Below, one piece after another: positions 1 through 12,500 of a stretch of 64,000 nt of DNA. How positions within the stretch are numbered: position 1 is the stretch's first letter; every line of letters begins with the position of its first letter. A program made the position numbers and the translations under genes. The notes below the pieces were generated by a model. That model was not told the DNA's origin and did no database searches. It worked only from the letters and a program-made list of their open reading frames with translations. Source of the DNA: Eledone cirrhosa (lineage: Eukaryota); NCBI GenBank assembly GCA_964016885.1, contig OZ024742.1, forward strand, positions 184,822,001 through 184,886,000, written 5' to 3'.

Positions 1-239
1 GTTGGGGTTAAGTTAAGTTGGGGTCAATTTAAGTTGAGGTTAAGTTAACTTGGGATTAAGTTAAGTTGGGGTTAACTTAAATTGAGGTTAAGTTAAGTTG
101 GGGTTAAGTTAAGTTGGGGGTAAGTTAAGTTGGGGGTAAGTTAAGTTTGGGTTAAGTTGGGGTTAAGTTAAGTTAGGGTTAAGTTACGTTGGGGTTGAGT
201 TAAGTTGGGGTTAATTTAAATTGGGGTTAAGTTAACTTT

Positions 240-560
240 GTGGTTCAGTTAAGTTGGGGTTAAGTTAAGTTGGGGCTTATTTAAGTTGGGGTTAAGTTAA
301 GTTGTGGTTAAGTTAAGTTGGGGTTAAGTTAAGTTGGGGTTAAGTTAAGTTGGGGTTAAATTAAGCTGGGTTGAAGTTAAGTTGGGGTTAAGTTATGTTG
401 GGGTTAAGTTAAGTTGGGGTTAAGTTAAGTTGGGGTTAAGTTAAGTCGGGGTTAAGTTAATTTGGGGTTCAGTTAAGTTGGGGTTAAGTTAAGTTGGGGC
501 TTATTTAAGTTGGGGTTAAGTTAAGTTGTGGTTAAGTTAAGTTGGGGTTAAGTTAAGTCG
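240..560 (+). repeat. Local sub-duplication of 224/240 bp (14/15 monomers) marked by TTCAG...GGGGCTTATTTAAG...TTGTGG
   Basis: CTTAT pairs spaced 224 bp: 276/500, 5346/5570, 36076/36300. Pairs spaced 240 bp: 13504/13744, 16714/16954, 31037/31277, 40651/40891. Confidence 0.85.
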
Positions 561-1673
561 GGGTTAAGTTAAGTCGGGGTTAAGTTAAGTTGTGGTTAAG
601 TTAAGTTGGGGTTAAGTTAAGTTGGGGTTAAGTTAAGTTAGGGATAAGCTAAGTTGGCGTTAAGTTAAGTTGGGGTTAAGTTAAGTTGGGGTTAAGTTAA
701 GTTGTGGTTAAGTTAAGTTGGGGCTGAGTTAAGTTGGGGTCAAGTTAAGTTGGGGTTGAGTTAAGTTGGGGTTAAGTTAACTTGGGGTTAATTTAAGTTG
801 GGGTTAAGTCAAATTGGGTTTGAGTTAAGTTAGGGTTACGTTAAGTTGGGGTTAAGTTAAGTTGGGGTTAAGTTAAGTAGGGGTTAAGTTAAGTTGGGGT
901 TAAATTAAGCTGGGTTTAAGTTAAGTTGGGGTTAAGTTAAGTTGGGGTTAAGTTAAGTTGGGGTTAAGTTAAGTTGAGGTTAAGTTAAGTTGGGGTTAAA
1001 TTCAGTTGGGGTTAACTTAAGTTGGGGTTAAGTTAAGTTGGGGTTAAGTTAAGTTGAGTTTAAGTTAAGTTGGAGTTAATTTAAGTTGAGGTTAAGTTAA
1101 GTTGTGGTAAAGTTAAGTTGGGGTTAAGTTAAGTTGGGGTTAAGTTAAGTTGGGGTTCAGTTAAGTTGGGGTTAAGTTAAGTAGGGGTTCAGTTGGGGTT
1201 AAATTAAGTTGGGGTTAAGTTAAGTTGGGGTTAAGTTAAGTTGGGGTTAATTTAAGTTGGGGTTAAGTTAAGTTGGGGTTAAGTTAAGTTGGGGTTGAGT
1301 TAAGTTGGGGTTAAGTTAAGTCGGGGTTAAGTTAAGTTGGGGTTAAGTTAAGTTGGGGTTAAGTTAAGTTGGGGTTAAGTTAAGTTGGGGTTGAGTTAAG
1401 TTGGGGTTAAGTTAAGTTGGGTTTAAGTTAAGTTGGGGTTAAGTTAAGTTGGGGTTAAGTTAAGGTGGGGTTAAGTTAAGTTGGGGTTAAGTTAAGTCGG
1501 GGTTAAGTTAAGTTGGGGTTAAGTTAAGTTGGGGTTAAGTTAAGTTGGGGTTAAGTTAAGTTCGGGTTAAGATAAGTTGGGGTTAAGTTAAGTTGGGGTT
1601 GAGTTAAGTTGGGGTTGAGTTAATTTGGGGTTAAGTTAAGTTGGGGTTAACTTAAGTTGGGGTTAAGTTAAGT

Positions 1674-2790
1674 TGGCGTTCAGTTAAGTTGCGGTTAAGT
1701 TAAGTTGGGGTTAACTTAAGTCGGGTTTAAGTTAAGTTGGGGTTAAGTTAAGTTGGGGTCAAGTTAAGTTGGGGTTAAGTTAAGTTGGGGTTAAGTTAAG
1801 TTGGGGTTAAGTTAAGTCGGGGTTAAGTTAAGTTGGGGTTAAGTTAAGTTGGGGTTAAGTTAAGTTGGGGTCAAGTTAAGTTGGGGTTAAGTTAAGTTGG
1901 GGTTAAGTTAAGTTGGGGTTAAGTTAAGTCGCGGTTAAGTTAAGTTGGGGTTAAGTTAAGATGGGGTTAAGTTAAGTTGTGGTTAAGTTAAGTTGGGGTT
2001 AAGATAAGTTGGGGTTAAGTTAAGTTGCGGTTGAGTTAAGTTGGGGTTGAGTTAATTGGGGTTAAGTTAAGTTGGGGTTAACTTAAGTTGGGTTTAAGTT
2101 AAGTTGGGGTTAAGTTAAGTTGGGGTTAAATTAAGTTGGGGTTATGATAAGTTGGGGTTAAGTTAAGTCGGGGTTAAGTTATGTCGGGGTTAAGTTAAGT
2201 TGGGGTTAAGTTAACTTGGTGTTAAGTTAAGTTGGGGTTCAGTTAAGTTGGGGTTGAGTTAAGTTGGGGGTCAAGTTAAGTTGGGGTTAAGCTAAGTTGG
2301 GGTTAAGTTAAGTTGGGGTTAAGTTAAGTTGGGGTTAATTTAAGTTTTGGTTAAGTTAAGTTGGGGTTAACTTAAGTTGGGGTTAAGTTAAGTTGGCGTT
2401 CAGTTAAGTTGCGGTTAAGTTAAGTTGGGGTTAACTTAAGTCGGGGTTAAGTTAAGTTGGGGTTAAGTTAAGTTGGGGTCAAGTTAAGTTGGGGTTAAGT
2501 TAAGTTGGGGTTGAGTTAAGTTGGGGTTAAGTTAAGTCGGGGTTAAGTTAAGTTGGGGTTAAGTTAAGTTGGGGTTAAGTTAAGTTGGGGTCAAGTTAAG
2601 TTGGGGTTAAGTTAAGTTGGGGTTAAGTTAAGTTGGGGTTAAGTTAAGTCGCGGTTAGTTAAGTTGGGGTTAAGTTAAGATGGGGTTAAGTTAAGTTGTG
2701 GTTAAGTTAAGTTGGGGTTAAGCTAAGTTGGGGTTAAGTTAAGTTGCGGTTGAGTTAAGTTAGGTTTGAGTTAATTGGGGTTAAGTTAAG
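1674..2790 (+). repeat. Higher-order sub-repeat with a 720-bp offset in the TTGGCG-TTCAG-TTGCGG...TCGCGG...ATGGGG module
   Basis: TTGGCGTTCAGTTAAGTTGCGG occurs at 1674 and 2394, each followed by the same ordered variants. The same 720-bp pair recurs at 32370/33090. Confidence 0.85.
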
Positions 2791-5700
2791 TTGGGGCTAA
2801 GTTAAGTTGGGGCTAAGTTAAGTTGGGGCTAAGTTAAGTTGGGGTTAAGTTAAGGTGGGGTTTAGTTAAGTTGGGGTTGAGTTAAGTTGGGGTTGAGTTA
2901 AGTTGGGGTTAAGTTAAGTTGGGGTTAAGTTAAGTTAGGGTTAACTTAAGTTGGGGTTAAGTTAAGTTTAGGTTAACTTAAGTTGGGGTTAAGTTAAGTT
3001 GGGGTTAAGTTAAGTTGGGGCTAAGTTAAGTTGGGGCTAAGTTAAGTTGGGGCTAAGTTAAGTTGGGGTTAAGTTAAGGTGGGGTTTAGTTAAGTTGGGG
3101 TTGAGTTAAGTTGGGGTTGAGTTAAGTTAGGGTTAAGTTAAGTTGGGGTTAAGTTAAGTTAGGGTTAACTTAAGTTGGGGTTAAGTTAAGTTGGGGTTGA
3201 GTTAAGTTGGGGTTTAATTAAGTTGGGGTTGAGTTAAGTTGGGGTTGAGTTAAGTTGGGCTTGAGTTAAGTTGGGGTTGAGTTAAGTTGGGCTTATCTTA
3301 AGTTGGGGTTAATTTAAGATGGGGTTAAGTTAAGTTGGGGTTAAGTTAATTTGGGGTTAAGTTAAGTTGGGGTTAAGTTAAGTTGGGGTTATGTTAAGTT
3401 GGGGTTAAGTTAAGTTGAGGTTAACTTAAGTTGGGGTTAAGTTAAGTTGGGGTTAAGTTAAGTTGGGGCTAAGTTAAGTTGGGGCTAAGTTAAGTTGGGG
3501 TTAAGTTAAGTTGGGGTTAAGTTAAGTTGGGGTCAACTTAAGTTGGGGCTAAGTTAAGTAGGGGTTAAGTTAAGTTGGGGCTAAGTTAAGTTGGAGTTAA
3601 GTTAAGTTGGGGTTAAATTAAGTTGGGGTCAACGTAAGTTGGGGTTAAGTTAAGTTGGGGTTAAGTTAATTTGGGGGTAAGTTAAGTTGGGGTTAAGTTA
3701 AGTTGGGGTTAAGTTAAGTTGGGGTTAAGTTAAGTTGGGGCTGAGTTAAATTGGGGCTGTGTTAAGTTGTGGTTAAGTTAAGTTGGGGTTAAGTTAAGTT
3801 GGGGTTAAATGGGGTTAAATTAAGTTGGGGTTAATTTAAGTTGGGGTTAAGTTAAGTTGGGTTTAGGTTAAGTTGGGGTTGAGTTAAGTTGGGGTTAAGT
3901 TAAGTTGGGGTTAATTTAAGTTGGGGTTAAGTTAAGTTGGGGCTGAGTTAAGTTGGGGTTAAGTTAAGTTGGGGTTGAGTTAAGTTGGGGTTAAGTTAAG
4001 TTGGAGTTAAGTTAAGTCGGGGTTAAGTTAAGTTGGGGTTAAGTTAAGTTGGGGTTAAGTTAAGTTGGGGTTAAGTTAAGTTGGGGTTAAGTTAAGTTGG
4101 GGTTAAGATAAGTTGGGGTTAAGTTAAGTTGGGGTTGAGTTAAGTTGGGGTTGAGTTAATTTGGGGTTAAGTTAAGTTGGGGTTAACTTAAGTTGGGGTT
4201 CAGTTAAGTTGGCGTTCAGTTAAGTTGCGGTGAAGTTAAGTTGGGGTTAACTTAAGTCGGGGTTAAGTTAAGTTGGGGTTAAGTTAAGTTGGGGTCAAGT
4301 TAAGTTGGGGTTAAGTTAAGTTGGGGTTATGTTAAGTTGGGGTTAAGTTAAGTTGGGGTTAAGTTAAGTCGGGGTTAAGTTAAGTTGGGGTTAAGTTAAG
4401 TTGGGGATGAGTTAAGTTGGGGTCAAGTTAAGTTGGGGTTAAGTTAAGTTGGGGTTAAGTTAAGTCGCGGTTAAGTTAAGTTGGGGTTAAGTTAAGATGG
4501 GGTTAAGTTAAGTTGGGGTTAAGTTAAGTTGGGGTTAAGATAAGTTGGGGTTAAGTTAAGTTGGGGTTGAGTTAAGTTGGGGTTGAGTTAATTGGGGTTA
4601 AGTTAAGTTGGGGTTAACTTAAGTTGGGTTTAAGTTAAGTTGGGGTTAAGTTAAGTTGGGGTTAAATTAAGTTGGGGTTAAGATAAGTTGGGGTTAAGTT
4701 AAGTCGGGGTTAAGTTAAGTCGGGGTTAAGTTAAGTTGGGGTTAAGTTAACTTGGTGTTAAGTTAAGTTGGGGCTCAGTTAAGTTGGGGTTGAGTTAAGT
4801 TGGGGTCAATTTAAGTTGGGACTAAGCTAAGTTGGGGTTAAGTTAAGTTGGGGTTAAGTTAAGTTGGCGCTAAGTTTAGTGAAGGTTAAGTTAAGTTGGG
4901 GTTGAGTTAAGTTGGGGTTAAGTTAAGTTGGGGTTAAGTTAAGTTAGGGTTAAGTTAAGCTTGGGTTAAGTTAAGTTGGGGTTGAGTTAATTTGGGGTTG
5001 AGTTAAGTTGGGGTTGAGTTAAGTTGGGGTTGAGTTAAGTTGGGGTTAAGTTAAGTTGGGGTTAACTTAAGTTGGTGTTAAGTTAAGTTGGGGTCAATTT
5101 AAGTTGAGGTTAAGTTAACTTGGGATTAAGTTAAGTTGGGGTTAACTTAAATTGAGGTTAAGATAAGTTGGGGTTAAGTTAAGTTGGGGGTAAGTTAAGT
5201 TGGGGGTAAGTTAAGTTTGGGTTAAGTTGGGGTTAAGTTAAGTTAGGGTTAAGTTACGTTGGGGTTGAGTTAAGTTGGGGTTAATTTAAATTGGGGTTAA
5301 GTTAACTTTGTGGTTCAGTTAAGTTGGGGTTAAGTTAAGTTGGGGCTTATTTAAGTTGGGGTTAAGTTAAGTTGTGGTTAAGTTAAGTTGGGGTTAAGTT
5401 AAGTTGGGGTTAAGTTAAGTTGGGGTTAAATTAAGCTGGGTTGAAGTTAAGTTGGGGTTAAGTTAAGTTGGGGTTAAGTTAAGTTGGGGTTAAGTTAAGT
5501 TGGGGTTAAGTTAAGTCGGGGTTAAGTTAATTTGGGGTTCAGTTAAGTTGGGGTTAAGTTAAGTTGGGGCTTATTTAAGTTGGGGTTAAGTTAAGTTGTG
5601 GTTAAGTTAAGTTGGGGTTAAGTTAAGTCGGGGTTAAGTTAAGTCGGGGTTAAGTTATAATGTGGTTAAGTTAAGTTGGGGTTAAGTTAAGTTGGGGTTA

Positions 5701-8700
5701 AGTTAAGTTAGGGATAAGCTAAGTTGGCGTTAAGTTAAGTTGGGGTTAAGTTAAGTTGGGGTTAAGTTAAGTTGAGGTTAAGTTAAGTTGGGGTTAAATT
5801 CAGTTGGGGTTAACTTAAGTTGTGGTAAAGTTAAGTTGGGGTTAAGTTAAGTTGGGGTTAAGTTAAGTTGGGGTTCAGTTAAGTTGGGGTTAAGTTAAGT
5901 AGGGGTTCAGTTGGGGTTAAATTAAGTTGGGGTTAAGTTAAGTTGGGGTTAAGTTAAGTTGGGGTTAAGTTAAGTTGGGGTTAAGTTAAGTTGGGGTTGA
6001 GTTAAGTTGGGGTTAAGTTAAGTTGGGGTTGAGTTAAGTTGGGGTTAAGTTAAGTCGGGGTTAAGTTAAGTTGGGGTTAAGTTAAGTTGGGGTTAAGTTA
6101 AGTTGGGGTCAAGTTAAGTTGGGGTTAAGTTAAGTTGGGGTTAAGTTAAGTTGGGGTTAAGTTAAGTCGCGGTTAGTTAAGTTGGGGTTAAGTTAAGATG
6201 GGGTTAAGTTAAGTTGTGGTTAAGTTAAGTTGGGGTTAAGCTAAGTTGGGGTTAAGTTAAGTTGCGGTTGAGTTAAGTTAGGTTTGAGTTAATTGGGGTT
6301 AAGTTAAGTTGGGGCTAAGTTAAGTTGGGGCTAAGTTAAGTTGGGGCTAAGTTAAGTTGGGGTTAAGTTAAGGTGGGGTTTAGTTAAGTTGGGGTTGAGT
6401 TAAGTTGGGGTTGAGTTAAGTTGGGGTTAAGTTAAGTTGGGGTTAAGTTAAGTTAGGGTTAACTTAAGTTGGGGTTAAGTTAAGTTTAGGTTAACTTAAG
6501 TTGGGGTTAAGTTAAGTTGGGGTTAAGTTAAGTTGGGGCTAAGTTAAGTTGGGGCTAAGTTAAGTTGGGGCTAAGTTAAGTTGGGGTTAAGTTAAGGTGG
6601 GGTTTAGTTAAGTTGGGGTTGAGTTAAGTTGGGGTTGAGTTAAGTTAGGGTTAAGTTAAGTTGGGGTTAAGTTAAGTTAGGGTTAACTTAAGTTGGGGTT
6701 AAGTTAAGTTGGGGTTGAGTTAAGTTGGGGTTTAATTAAGTTGGGGTTGAGTTAAGTTGGGGTTGAGTTAAGTTGGGCTTGAGTTAAGTTGGGGTTGAGT
6801 TAAGTTGGGCTTATCTTACGTTGGGGTTAATTTAAGATGGGGTTAAGTTAAGTTGGGGTTAAGTTAATTTGGGGTTAAGTTAAGTTGGGGTTAAGTTAAG
6901 TTGGGGTTATGTTAAGTTGGGGTTAAGTTAAGTTGAGGTTAACTTAAGTTGGGGTTAAGTTAAGTTGGGGTTAAGTTAAGTTGGGGCTAAGTTAAGTTGG
7001 GGCTAAGTTAAGTTGGGGTTAAGTTAAGTTGGGGTTAAGTTAAGTTGGGGTCAACTTAAGTTGGGGCTAAGTTAAGTAGGGGTTAAGTTAAGTTGGGGCT
7101 AAGTTAAGTTGGAGTTAAGTTAAGTTGGGGTTAAATTAAGTTGGGGTCAACGTAAGTTGGGGTTAAGTTAAGTTGGGGTTAAGTTAATTTGGGGGTAAGT
7201 TAAGTTGGGGTTAAGTTAAGTTGGGGTTAAGTTAAGTTGGGGTTAAGTTAAGTTGGGGCTGAGTTAAATTGGGGCTGTGTTAAGTTGGGGTTAAGTTAAG
7301 TTGGGGTTAAGTTAAGTTGGGGTTAAGTTGGGGTTAAATTAAGTTGGGGTTAATTTAAGTTGGGGTTAAGTTAAGTTGGGTTTAGGTTAAGTTGGGGTTG
7401 AGTTAAGTTGGGGTTAAGTTAAGTTGGGGTTAATTTAAGTTGGGGTTAAGTTAAGTTGGGGCTGAGTTAAGTTGGGGTTAAGTTAAGTTGGGGTTGAGTT
7501 AAGTTGGGGTTAAGTTAAGTTGGAGTTAAGTTAAGTCGGGGTTAAGTTAAGTTGGGGTTAAGTTAAGTTGGGGTTAAGTTAAGTTGGGGTTAAGTTAAGT
7601 TGGGGTTAAGATAAGTTGGGGTTAAGTTAGGTTGGGGTTGAGTTAAGTTGGGGTTGAGTTAATTTGGGGTTAAGTTAAGTTGGGGTTAACTTAAGTTGGG
7701 GTTCAGTTAAGTTGGCGTTCAGTTAAGTTGCGGTGAAGTTAAGTTGGGGTTAACTTAAGTCGGGGTTAAGTTAAGTTGGGGTTAAGTTAAGTTGGGGTCA
7801 AATTAAGTTGGGGTTAAGTTAAGTTGGGGTTATGTTAAGTTGGGGTTAAGTTAAGTTGGGGTTAAGTTAAGTCGGGGTTAAGTTAAGTTGGGGTTAAGTT
7901 AAGTTGGGGATAAGTTAAGTTGGGGTCAAGTTAAGTTGGGGTTAAGTTAAGTTGGGGTTAAGTTAAGTCGCGGTTAATTTAAGTTGGGGTTAAGTTAAGA
8001 TGGGGTTAAGTTAAGTTGGGGTTAAGTTAAGTTGGGGTTAAGATAAGTTGGGGTTAAGTTAAGTTGGGGTTGAGTTAAGTTGGGGTTGAGTTAATTGGGG
8101 TTAAGTTAAGTTGGGGTTAACTTAAGTTGGGTTTAAGTTAAGTTGGGGTTAAGTTAAGTTGGGGTTAAATTAAGTTGGGGTTAAGATAAGTTGGGGTTAA
8201 GTTAAGTCGGGGTTAAGTTAAGTCGGGGTTAAGTTAAGTTGGGGTTAAGTTAACTTGGTGTTAAGTTAAGTTGGGGCTCAGTTAAGTTGGGGTTGAGTTA
8301 AGTTGGGGTCAATTTAAGTTGGGACTAAGCTAAGTTGGGGTTAAGTTAAGTTGGGGTTAAGTTAAGTTGGCGCTAAGTTTAGTGAAGGTTAAGTTAAGTT
8401 GGGGTTGAGTTAAGTTGGGGTTAAGTTAAGTTGGGGTTAAGTTAAGTTAGGGTTAAGTTAAGCTTGGGTTAAGTTAAGTTGGGGTTGAGTTAATTTGGGG
8501 TTGAGTTAAGTTGGGGTTGAGTTAAGTTGGGGTTGAGTTAAGTTGGGGTTAAGTTAAGTTGGGGTTAACTTAAGTTGGTGTTAAGTTAAGTTGGGGTCAA
8601 TTTAAGTTGAGGTTAAGTTAACTTGGGATTAAGTTAAGTTGGGGTTAACTTAAATTGAGGTTAAGATAAGTTGGGGTTAAGTTAAGTTGGGGGTAAGTTA

Positions 8701-9560
8701 AGTTGGGGGTAAGTTAAGTTTGGGTTAAGTTGGGGTTAAGTTAAGTTAGGGTTAAGTTACGTTGGGGTTGAGTTAAGTTGGGGTTAATTTAAATTGGGGT
8801 TAAGTTAACTTTGTGGTTCAGTTAAGTTGGGGTTAAGTTAAGTTGGGGCTTATTTAAGTTGGGGTTAAGTTAAGTTGTGGTTAAGTTAAGTTGGGGTTAA
8901 GTTAAGTTGGGGTTAAGTTAAGTTGGGGTTAAATTAAGCTGGGTTGAAGTTAAGTTGGGGTTAAGTTAAGTTGGGGTTAAGTTAAGTTGGGGTTAAGTTA
9001 AGTTGGGGTTAAGTTAAGTCGGGGTTAAGTTAATTTGGGGTTCAGTTAAGTTGGGGTTAAGTTAAGTTGGGGCTTATTTAAGTTGGGGTTAAGTTAAGTT
9101 GTGGTTAAGTTAAGTTGGGGTTAAGTTAAGTCGGGGTTAAGTTAAGTCGGGGTTAAGTTATAATGTGGTTAAGTTAAGTTGGGGTTAAGTTAAGTTGGGG
9201 TTAAGTTAAGTTAGGGATAAGCTAAGTTGGCGTTAAGTTAAGTTGGGGTTAAGTTAAGTTGGGGTTAAGTTAAGTTGAGGTTAAGTTAAGTTGGGGTTAA
9301 ATTCAGTTGGGGTTAACTTAAGTTGTGGTAAAGTTAAGTTGGGGTTAAGTTAAGTTGGGGTTAAGTTAAGTTGGGGTTCAGTTAAGTTGGGGTTAAGTTA
9401 AGTAGGGGTTCAGTTGGGGTTAAATTAAGTTGGGGTTAAGTTAAGTTGGGGTTAAGTTAAGTTGGGGTTAAGTTAAGTTGGGGTTAAGTTAAGTTGGGGT
9501 TAAGTTAAGTTGGGGTTGAGTTAAGTTGGGGTTAAGTTAAGTCGGGGTTAAGTTAAGTTG
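2482..9560 (+). repeat. Tandem duplication of about 3.5 kb (copy 1 approx. 2482-6000, copy 2 approx. 6000-9560)
   Basis: Marker pairs: TCGCGGTTAGTT 2650/6168 and CTAAGTTAAGTAGGGG 3560/7078 (offset 3518); GAAGG 4881/8384, AAGCTT 4957/8460 and ATAATGTGG 5657/9160 (offset 3503). Boundaries are approximate. Confidence 0.9.
2790..3190 (+). repeat. Local 224-bp sub-duplication of the (CTAAG x3)-GTGGGG-TTTAG-TTGAG x2-TTAGGG-TTAAC module
   Basis: TAAGGTGGGGTTTAG occurs at 2851 and 3075. The doubled module recurs near 6.3-6.7, 10.9-11.3, 18.7-19.0, 25.8-26.2, 33.5-33.9, 38.2-38.6, 56.8-57.2 and 62.3-62.7 kb. Confidence 0.85.
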
Positions 9561-12500
9561 GGGTTAAGTTAAGTTGGGGTTAAGTTAAGTTGGGGTTAAG
9601 TTAAGTTGGGGTTGAGTTAAGTTGGGGTTAAGTTAAGTTGGGTTTAAGTTAAGTTGGGGTTAAGTTAAGTTGGGGTTAAGTTAAGGTGGGGTTAAGTTAA
9701 GTTGGGGTTAAGTTAAGTCGGGGTTAAGTTAAGTTGGGGTTAAGTTAAGTTGGGGTTGAGTTAAGTTGGGGTTAAGTTAAGTTCGGGTTAAGATAAGTTG
9801 GGGTTAAGTTAAGTTGGGGTTGAGTTAAGTTGGGGTTGAGTTAATTTGGGGTTAAGTTAAGTTGAGGTTAACTTAAGTTGGGGTTAAGTTAAGTTGGCGT
9901 TCAGTTAAGTTGCGGTTAAGTTAAGTTGGGGTTAACTTAAGTCGGGTTTAAGTTAAGTTGGGGTTAAGTTAAGTTGGGGTCAAGTTAAGTTGGGGTTAAG
10001 TTAAGTTGGGGTTAAGTTAAGTTGGGGTTAAGTTAAGTCGGGGTTAAGTTAAGTTGGGGTTAAGTTAAGTTGGGGTTAAGTTAAGTTGGGGTCAAGTTAA
10101 GTTGGGGTTAAGTTAAGTTGGGGTTAAGTTAAGTTGCGGTTGAGTTAAGTTGGGGTTGAGTTAATTGGGGTTAAGTTAAGTTGGGGTTAACTTAAGTTGG
10201 GTTTAAGTTAAGTTGGGGTTAAGTTAAGTTGGGGTTAAATTAAGTTGGGGTTATGATAAGTTGGGGTTAAGTTAAGTCGGGGTTAAGTTATGTCGGGGTT
10301 AAGTTAAGTTAGGGTTAAGTTAACTTGGTGTTAAGTTAAGTTGGGGTTCAGTTAAGTTGGGGTTGAGTTAAGTTGGGGGTCAAGTTAAGTTGGGGTTAAG
10401 CTAAGTTGGGGTTAAGTTAAGTTGGGGTTAAGTTAAGTTGGGGTTAATTTAAGTTTTGGTTAAGTTAAGTTGGGGTTAACTTAAGTTGGGGTTAAGTTAA
10501 GTTGGCGTTCAGTTAAGTTGCGGTTAAGTTAAGTTGGGGTTAACTTAAGTCGGGGTTAAGTTAAGTTGGGGTTAAGTTAAGTTGGGGTCAAGTTAAGTTG
10601 GGGTTAAGTTAAGTTGGGGTTAAGTTAAGTCGGGGTTAAGTTAAGTTGGGGTTAAGTTAAGTTGGGGTTAAGTTAAGTTGGGGTCAAGTTAAGTTGGGGT
10701 TAAGTTAAGTTGGGGTTAAGTTAAGTTGGGGTTAAGTTAAGTCGCGGTTAGTTAAGTTGGGGTTAAGTTAAGATGGGGTTAAGTTAAGTTGTGGTTAAGT
10801 TAAGTTGGGGTTAAGATAAGTTGGGGTTAAGTTAAGTTGCGGTTGAGTTAAGTTAGGTTTGAGTTAATTGGGGTTAAGTTAAGTTGGGGCTAAGTTAAGT
10901 TGGGGCTAAGTTAAGTTGGGGCTAAGTTAAGTTGGGGTTAAGTTAAGGTGGGGTTTAGTTAAGTTGGGGTTGAGTTAAGTTGGGGTTGAGTTAAGTTGGG
11001 GTTAAGTTAAGTTGGGGTTAAGTTAAGTTAGGGTTAACTTAAGTTGGGGTTAAGTTAAGTTTAGGTTAACTTAAGTTGGAGTTAAGTTAAGTTGGGGTTA
11101 AGTTAAGTTGGGGCTATGTTAAGTTGGGGCTAAGTTAAGTTGGGGCTAAGTTAAGTTGGGGTTAAGTTAAGGTGGGGTTTAGTTAAGTTGGGGTTGAGTT
11201 AAGTTGGGGTTGAGTTAAGTTAGGGTTAAGTTAAGTTGGGGTTAAGTTAAGTTAGGGTTAACTTAAGTTGGGGTTAAGTTAAGTTGGGGTTGAGTTAAGT
11301 TGGGGTTTAATTAAGTTGGGGTTGAGTTAAGTTGGGGTTGAGTTAAGTTGGGCTTGAGTTAAGTTGGGGTTGAGTTAAGTTGGGCTTATCTTAAGTTGGG
11401 GTTAATTTAAGATGGGGTTAAGTTAAGTTGGGGCTATGTTAAGTTGGGGCTAAGTTAAGTTGGGGCTAAGTTAAGTTGGGGTTAAGTTAATTTGGGGTTA
11501 AGTTAAGTTGGGGTTAAGTTAAGTTGGGGTTATGTTAAGTTGGGGTTAAGTTAAGTTGAGGTTAACTTAAGTTGGGGTTAAGTTAAGTTGGGGTTAAGTT
11601 AAGTTGGGGCTAAGTTAAGTTGGGGCTAAGTTAAGTTGGGGTTCAGTTAAGTTGGGGTTAAGTTAAGTTGGGGTCAACTTAAGTTGGGGCTAAGTTAAGT
11701 TGGGGTTAAGTTAAGTTGGGGCTAAGTTAAGTTGGAGTTAAGTTAAGTTGGGGTTAAATTAAGTTGGGGTCAACTTAAGTTGGGGTTAAGTTAAGTTGGG
11801 GTTAAGTTAATTTGGGGGTAAGTTAAGTTGGGGTTAAGTTAAGTTGGGGTTAAGTTAAGTTGGGGTTAAGTTAAGTTGGGGCTGAGTTAAATTGGGGCTG
11901 TGTTAAGTTGGGGTTAAGTTAAGTTGGGGTTAAGTTAAGTTGGGGTTAAGTTAAGTTGGGGTTAAGTTGGGGTTAAATTAAGTTGGGGTTAATTTAAGTT
12001 GGGGTTAAGTTAAGTTGGGTTTAGGTTAAGTTGGGGTTGAGTTAAGTTGGGGTTAAGTTAAGTTGGGGTTAATTTAAGTTGGGGTTAAGTTAAGTTGGGG
12101 CTGAGTTAAGTTGGGGTTAAGTTAAGTTGGGGTTGAGTTAAGTTGGGGTTAAGTTAAGTTGGAGTTAAGTTAAGTCGGGGTTAAGTTAAGTTGGGGTTAA
12201 GTTAAGTTGGGGTTAAGTTAAGTTGGGGTTAAGTTAAGTTGGGGTTAAGTTAAGTTGGGGTTAAGATAAGTTGGGGTTAAGTTAAGTTGGGGTTGAGTTA
12301 AGTTGGGGTTGAGTTAATTTGGGGTTAAGTTAAGTTGGGGTTAACTTAAGTTGGGGTTCAGTTAAGTTGGCGTTCAGTTAAGTTGCAGTGAAGTTAAGTT
12401 GGGGTTAACTTAAGTCGGGGTTAAGTTAAGTTGGGGTTAAGTTAAGTTGGGGTCAAGTTAAGTTGGGGTTAAGTTAAGTTGGGGTTATGTTAAGTTGGGG

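Noticed and set aside
173-178. TTAGGG hexamers (vertebrate-type telomere repeat) scattered through the array
   Set aside because: These are isolated single-base variants of TTGGGG propagated with the higher-order blocks. They never occur in tandem.
3805-3814. Unique 10-bp monomer TTAAATGGGG
   Set aside because: It is a singleton; the duplicate copy at 7323 has the usual 11-mer. It cannot be distinguished from a consensus error.
5655-5662. TATAAT (-10 or TATA-like) motif at approx. 5656, 9159 and 36386
   Set aside because: It is a double-substitution variant of the monomer inside the satellite, with no gene or other promoter context. It is useful only as a duplication marker.
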